From positions 64,976,001 through 65,040,000 of the forward strand of contig OZ076415.1 in assembly GCA_964187785.1 (NCBI GenBank): a DNA stretch of 64,000 nt, read 5' to 3'. Position 1 is the stretch's first letter. The number at the start of each line of letters is the position of its first letter. The translations under genes and the position numbers were made by a program. Below the pieces are notes generated by a model. That model was not told the origin of the DNA and searched no databases. It was given only the letters and a program-made list of their open reading frames with translations. Below are positions 62,501 to 64,000 of the stretch, piece after piece. Source of the stretch: Amphiscolops sp. MND2022. Lineage: Eukaryota.

Positions 62501-63282
62501 ACTACAAAAATATATTTTTCAAAACTATCCGAAATTTTGACGTAATATCCGGATTAAAGCGCAATAACCGAATTTTTGACGTTACTATCGAGCTATATTG
62601 CGTTTTACTGAGGAGGAGGCGGAGGTTCGAAAACAGGATTTTTCCATGAAAACCTCCTACGCATATTTCAGAAATTGCGTTTTTGAGCCTTAGATATAGC
62701 GCCGACTTTATACGTTCCCACCTTCGCGCCACTTTCACAAGTAGCACAACATGGTGCTGAATATTCTTCCTTGCTTACGAGTTTCTTCTTTTCAATCATT
62801 TTCGGAGGGTCTTGTTGAACAAAGCTAACCAATCAAGTTGTAATAGCTTAGTGTTTTATAACTAATACCAAGTCTTGTTGTATTTAACCACTAAGCAACC
62901 AACTAATAATGATTAATACTCTTACCTTGAACCATATGATGGTACAACACGACACGAGAGAGGGAAACTTGCGTAATCGGTTTCTGAAAGACTGTCCGAT
63001 TGGACTGAACCCAATCAACACGTGAAGATTCGTTTTCACCCGAGAGATGAAGAAGTTGAACAACTCGTTGGCTGTGAAATCGGCATTTTTCACTCCGTCT
63101 TGAGCGTCTTCGCGTACGAGTTCAATAATCTCGTGTCGTTCGTCGGCTGGAAACACGTTCGGCACTTCACCGATGTTGATTAACGACTCGATGTCTTCCA
63201 TGAAGCTGTCGTCGGTGATTTGCGTGTCGGTGACCAATAGCATTGAAGGTTCGTTCAGAGCTCCGGCCGACTTCATCGCAAC
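20368..63282 (-). CDS. DNAH12: Axonemal dynein heavy chain, single-headed inner-arm class, DNAH12-like; 3' part, 26 exons; 5' part outside window
   Basis: Phase-consistent exon chain with dynein motifs: [156 protein letters not shown] and terminal QLDD resemble DNAH12 as recalled; DNAH3/DNAH7 not formally excluded. Dynein heavy chain identity is near-certain; the confidence reflects the paralog call. Confidence 0.8.
20961..21113 (-). CDS. DNAH12: Dynein HC exon ([12 protein letters not shown]...MEY)
   Basis: tttttttcag| acceptor; best donor TACAG|ggatgg (GG); GT alternative would end the exon at 20967. Confidence 0.82.
21622..22182. mobile_element. piggyBac-like MITE
   Basis: TTAA on both sides, TIR CCC(T/G)AAACGACCCA; inverted homolog at 48595-49176. 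Confidence 0.85.
22265..22497 (-). CDS. DNAH12: Dynein HC exon (NWLEKG...FFFTQAF...[12 protein letters not shown])
   Basis: ctttcctag| ... AGC|gttagt, 233 nt, phase 0->2. Confidence 0.9.
22914..23118 (-). CDS. DNAH12: Dynein HC exon (LNALIRGSL...SLKPLSSY...FFQ)
   Basis: ctttcttag| ... CAG|gtacac, 205 nt, phase 2->0. Confidence 0.9.
23302..27519 (-). mobile_element. Ty3/Gypsy LTR retrotransposon, decayed and internally deleted, in a dynein intron
   Basis: LTRs 23302-23535 and 27289-27519 (TG...CA, about 93% identical by eye); 5-bp TSD ATTGC (23297-23301, 27520-27524); PBS TGGCGCAGTAAGCAAGATT next to the 5' LTR (tRNA-Ser-like); PPT GGAGGGGGGGTA; gag CCHC knuckle [14 protein letters not shown], protease FIIDTG, RT ([20 protein letters not shown]), integrase KTDRGSAF; order PR-RT-IN; frameshifts and stops. 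Confidence 0.95.
27960..28063 (-). CDS. DNAH12: Dynein HC exon (LLPLFDI...[12 protein letters not shown])
   Basis: ctattgcag| ... CAA|gtagga, 104 nt, phase 0->2. Confidence 0.9.
29534..29790 (-). mobile_element. tRNA-derived SINE
   Basis: A-box-like TGGTGTAGTG, B-box GGTTCAAATCC, core GGGCCTTGAGCAAGTCC, (TTA)n tail at 29534-29555. Confidence 0.6.
29895..31225 (+). mobile_element. HINE family B copy carrying a nested family A copy
   Basis: 5' TTATTTTCCGCCCA at 29895; 3' GGGCGGAAAA-hairpin CCCGCTGGTCCGCGGG-CGTCTTGTT ending at 31225. Confidence 0.55.
30332..30821 (-). mobile_element. HINE family A copy
   Basis: AACAAGACGGGAACGTCTCAAGTCGGCGCT...AGTCGGGCTCTTTTCTTAAGAAAAGCGCCGACTAAAAA. Confidence 0.75.
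32149..32406 (-). CDS. DNAH12: Dynein HC exon (TMPDNQ...LQENADLT...IISK)
   Basis: cattacag| ... AAG|gtatgg, 258 nt, phase 0-0. Confidence 0.88.
32752..32988 (-). CDS. DNAH12: Dynein HC exon (EFMCEY...CNYGGKVTD...MNALK)
   Basis: gacgttcag| ... AAG|gtgaac, 237 nt, phase 0-0. Confidence 0.9.
33016..33224 (+). mobile_element. HINE family B copy
   Basis: subTIRs TTTTCCGC/GCGGAAAA, internal TAGTTACTTGACTATT tandem units, 3' hairpin then CGTCTTGTT; embedded B-box-like GGTTCGAAC. Confidence 0.7.
34059..34196 (-). CDS. DNAH12: Dynein HC exon ([13 protein letters not shown]...GWNIPY...IHQLR)
   Basis: catttcag| ... AGA|gtaagc, 138 nt, phase 0-0; not in the ORF track frame. Confidence 0.9.
34237..34630 (-). 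mobile_element. HINE family A copy
   Basis: AACAAGCCGGGAACG ... GAAGCGCCGACTAAAAA. Confidence 0.7.
35192..35360 (-). CDS. DNAH12: Dynein HC exon (LWLTSYPT...FFEIDCEDK); 3' boundary uncertain
   Basis: ttttctcag| acceptor; donor either AAA|gcaaca (end 35192) or CCG|gtcaat (end 35177), both phase 0. Confidence 0.8.
36115..36337 (-). CDS. DNAH12: Dynein HC exon (ALTKF...SLGQGQG...LQNCHLA...KEFR)
   Basis: caatgcag| ... TAG|gtgcag, 223 nt, phase 1->2. Confidence 0.9.
36610..36806 (+). mobile_element. HINE family A partial copy
   Basis: TTTTGAGCCTTAGATATGGCGCCGACTT...TTCCCGGCTTGTT terminus. Confidence 0.65.
37039..37189 (-). CDS. DNAH12: Dynein HC exon (AAA6: LLMQVRK...SPGADPMT)
   Basis: tttaaacag| ... 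CAG|gtactt, 151 nt, phase 0->1. Confidence 0.9.
37721..37865 (-). CDS. DNAH12: Dynein HC exon ([10 protein letters not shown]...IRPDQ)
   Basis: cttcgcag| ... CAG|gttcta, 145 nt, phase 2->0. Confidence 0.88.
38240..38404 (-). CDS. DNAH12: Dynein HC exon (SRNEIDKEE...KSWEEI...KDFK)
   Basis: cttttttcag| ... CAA|gtgaga, 165 nt, phase 2-2. Confidence 0.88.
38942..39132 (-). CDS. DNAH12: Dynein HC exon (FSLSWF...CINVLL)
   Basis: gttactag| ... ACT|gtgagt, 191 nt, phase 0->2; missed by the ORF track frame. Confidence 0.88.
40315..40822. mobile_element. hAT-like MITE
   Basis: TIR CTGGGGTGTGGAA, 8-bp TSD AACATTCA (40307-40314, 40823-40830), AAACCGT subrepeats. Confidence 0.85.
40946..41068 (-). CDS. 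DNAH12: Dynein HC exon (TAEETQ...QVYQ)
   Basis: ctgtttcag| ... CAG|gtatgt, 123 nt, phase 0-0. Confidence 0.9.
41084..42409. mobile_element. Mutator/foldback-like element with 15-bp tandem subterminal repeats
   Basis: 9-bp TSD CAGAACCAC (41075-41083, 42410-42418); (AGAAATTTCGTCGTC)x8 at left and inverted copies at 42288-42402. Confidence 0.8.
41718..42265. mobile_element. CMC-like MITE nested in the foldback element
   Basis: CCCT(A/T)GTTGAA termini, 2-bp TSD TA; same family as 17405-17953. Confidence 0.75.
42869..43066 (-). CDS. DNAH12: Dynein HC exon (ERPDLEE...SKKQQ)
   Basis: ttcacag| ... CAG|gtaaag, 198 nt, phase 0-0. Confidence 0.9.
43298..43906 (+). mobile_element. HINE family A copy
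   Basis: TTTTTAGTCGGCGCTTTTC...AGCGCCGACTTTAGACGTTCCCGTCTTGTT. Confidence 0.75.
44336..44523 (-). CDS. DNAH12: Dynein HC exon ([10 protein letters not shown]...GITVAK)
   Basis: ccttataag| ... AAG|gtaact, 188 nt, phase 1->0. Confidence 0.9.
45121..45392. mobile_element. Foldback MITE with AGACAAAAGGGCC subrepeats
   Basis: Tandem units at 45121-45225 and inverted units at 45325-45392; no clear TSD. Confidence 0.6.
45431..45645 (-). CDS. DNAH12: Dynein HC exon (AAA5: PLMIDPQ...QLFKH)
   Basis: ggttccag| ... ACA|gtgagt, 215 nt, phase 2->1. Confidence 0.9.
46538..46831 (-). CDS. DNAH12: Dynein HC exon (WTKAARK...NSRRW)
   Basis: ttctcccag| ... ATG|gttggt, 294 nt, phase 2-2. Confidence 0.9.
47652..47929 (-). 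CDS. DNAH12: Dynein HC exon (stalk CC2: VLAIEMYER...GLGGEKDR)
   Basis: tccttag| ... CAG|gtactt, 278 nt, phase 0->2. Confidence 0.9.
48083..48587. repeat. Long foldback, ~210-bp inverted arms with ~80-bp spacer (probable MITE)
   Basis: 48083-48295 is the near-exact reverse complement of 48377-48587. Confidence 0.85.
48595..49176. mobile_element. piggyBac-like MITE (inverted homolog of 21622-22182)
   Basis: TTAA|CCCTAAA left end, GGG|TTTAA right end, shared interior (CGGTACCGGAAAAAGAAAC, CCTTTCAAACGCGCTATAG). Confidence 0.75.
49443..55522 (-). mobile_element. BEL/Pao LTR retrotransposon, near full length, recently inserted, coding region disrupted
   Basis: Direct repeats 49443-49721 and 55245-55522 (3 substitutions plus 1 indel by eye), flanked by GAAACT (49437-49442, 55523-55528). 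Single gag-pol frame 55235-49751: knuckles [14 protein letters not shown], protease LWDSGS, RT YMDD, RNase [15 protein letters not shown], integrase [22 protein letters not shown]-terminal [18 protein letters not shown]. Confidence 0.96.
49751..55235 (-). pseudogene. BEL/Pao gag-pol polyprotein, disrupted
   Basis: One frameshift at an A-run near 54910 and four in-frame stops (54185, 52373, 51773, 49967); the ORF-track pieces ending 54862, 54160, 52348, 51586 and 49936 share one frame. Confidence 0.9.
55839..55940 (-). CDS. DNAH12: Dynein HC exon ([10 protein letters not shown]...GLCRW)
   Basis: ggtgtag| ... TGG|gtgaga, 102 nt, phase 0-0. Confidence 0.88.
56235..56614. mobile_element. Mutator/foldback-like element related to 634-1180, with nested CMC fragment
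   Basis: Direct repeat AGATGTCAC (56224-56232, 56615-56623); GGAATAACGTCTAA/TTAGACGTTATTCC subrepeats; related pieces at ~60546-60690 and ~61180-61230. Confidence 0.65.
56728..56906 (-). CDS. DNAH12: Dynein HC exon (MTBD: VKLVMEAIC...DKDNINQ)
   Basis: tgtttgttcag| acceptor; donor CAG|ggatta (GG), 179 nt, phase 1->0. Confidence 0.88.
57319..57529 (-). CDS. DNAH12: Dynein HC exon (ESNRVQ...KSMKNPPI)
   Basis: gctccag| ... ATAG|gttcag, 211 nt, phase 0->1. Confidence 0.9.
57876..58370 (-). mobile_element. HINE family A copy
   Basis: AACAAGACGGGAACGTCTAAAGTCGGCGCT...GAAAAGCGCCGACTAAAAAA. Confidence 0.75.
58915..59170 (-). CDS. DNAH12: Dynein HC exon ([16 protein letters not shown]...EHTVK), stalk CC1
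   Basis: cgttttag| acceptor; best-register donor is AAG|gggcgt (GG); GT alternative would end the exon at 58921. Confidence 0.85.
59552..59931. mobile_element. Foldback-like element with GC-rich GCGAAGC core
   Basis: Imperfect TIR (G/A)GA(C/A)AAAAA.CACA.AGGAAAA.ACGCCC; core begins CTAGTGCCC as in 634-1180; no TSD seen. Confidence 0.5.
60355..60488 (-). CDS. DNAH12: Dynein HC exon ([11 protein letters not shown]...LSSR)
   Basis: aatttcag| ... CAG|gttagc, 134 nt, phase 0->2. Confidence 0.9.
61484..61898 (+). mobile_element. HINE family B copy, 5' end missing
   Basis: TTAGTTACTTGACTATTT tandem units and 3' GCGGAA...GCGGGCGTCTTGT. Confidence 0.6.
61950..62720 (+). mobile_element. Two tandem HINE family A copies (61950-62282 and ~62420-62720)
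   Basis: AGCGCCGACTTTAGACGTTCCCGTCTTGTT at 62253-62282 and a degenerate version ending near 62720. Confidence 0.65.
62926..63282 (-). CDS. DNAH12: Dynein HC exon (AAA4: VAMKS...CCTIIWFK)
   Basis: ctctttaag| ... AAG|gtaaga, 357 nt, phase 0-0. Confidence 0.9.
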
Positions 63283-64000
63283 CTTAAAGAGAATATCTTT
63301 CAATCAATGAACGATGCTAGCTCTGACAGTTGTAACTGCCCATGCTTGCACTCCACCGCAAATGACCGATGACCACCAGTGGATCACCAGTGACCACCGG
63401 TGGAGGCAACTTTGGACCAGTGGTCACTTTTGTCCACCGGTGCTCCACCAGTTGAGACAACTGGAATTTTTGTTTTAGAAAAAAAAACGATGACTTTCGG
63501 GAAATTAATGAAAATGTAATCTTTGAGTAGCATCGTTTCAATATTGAGTCCGAGGGGTTACGTTAACAACATTTGTAGCATTTTAAGGAGTTTTCGCCAC
63601 CGCGTGTCTCGAAGCCGCGACGTAGCCAATGCTGCAGATGAAATGAAGGTCAGGCAAAACAAACAAAATTTAGGAGCTGATAGCGGAAAGGTAAAATGCT
63701 GGACTGTAAACAAATAGATTACAGGTTGGCGTCACAATTCTTGCACAAATTTTTTGGACCATCAGTTACCACGGAAACAGCGGCAGATACCATCTCAGTG
63801 GTCCAAAAGTGGTACTTGGTGGGATCATCGGTGACCACCGGTGAACTGTAGTTGATCGCCAACCCGAGTTTGTCTCAGTTGGTCAAAGCAGACTATAAAA
63901 ATATATTTTTTGAGGTTTTGTTTCTCAATATGCTGTGTCTTATGTGAACTGATTTTTTTTATTCAAGACAACCTTCTTATCACTATGAATACCATAAAGT

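Noticed and set aside
63560-63640. Possible further dynein exon (…DTRWRKLLK, resembling WREDLK)
   Set aside because: No usable donor in the required phase and poor similarity otherwise; the preceding exon is probably beyond 64000.
117-63717. Most short ORF-track entries (antisense to exons, or within MITE/HINE repeats such as 57978-58226, 41003-41215 and 45030-45293)
   Set aside because: They are shadows of real exons or low-complexity repeat translations with no independent coding evidence.

Overview
AT-rich, repeat-dense eukaryotic (metazoan-like) genomic DNA; the species cannot be determined from the window. Two intron-rich genes lie on the minus strand. (1) The 3' part of an axonemal single-headed dynein heavy chain most similar to DNAH12: 26 exons reconstructed by hand, 63282 down to the stop at 20368, covering AAA4, the stalk/MTBD, AAA5, AAA6 and the C-terminal domain; the 5' part lies beyond the window. 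(2) The 5' part of a Lifeguard/TMBIM (Bax-inhibitor-1 family) gene: 6 coding exons, 10737 down to 1543; the 3' part lies beyond the window. Introns and the intergenic region contain a young but decaying BEL/Pao LTR element, an older internally deleted Ty3/Gypsy element, two families of Helentron/DINE-1-like non-autonomous elements, CMC/EnSpm-like, hAT-like, piggyBac-like and Mutator/foldback-like MITEs, a tRNA-derived SINE and several long palindromes. Most striking: 3 of the 25 dynein introns keep the protein in its conserved register only if they use non-canonical GG 5' splice donors (AG|GG), each paired with an atypical pyrimidine-poor, TGAC-containing acceptor. Reference dynein sequences used for comparison were recalled from memory and need a real alignment; identity values are by-eye counts.
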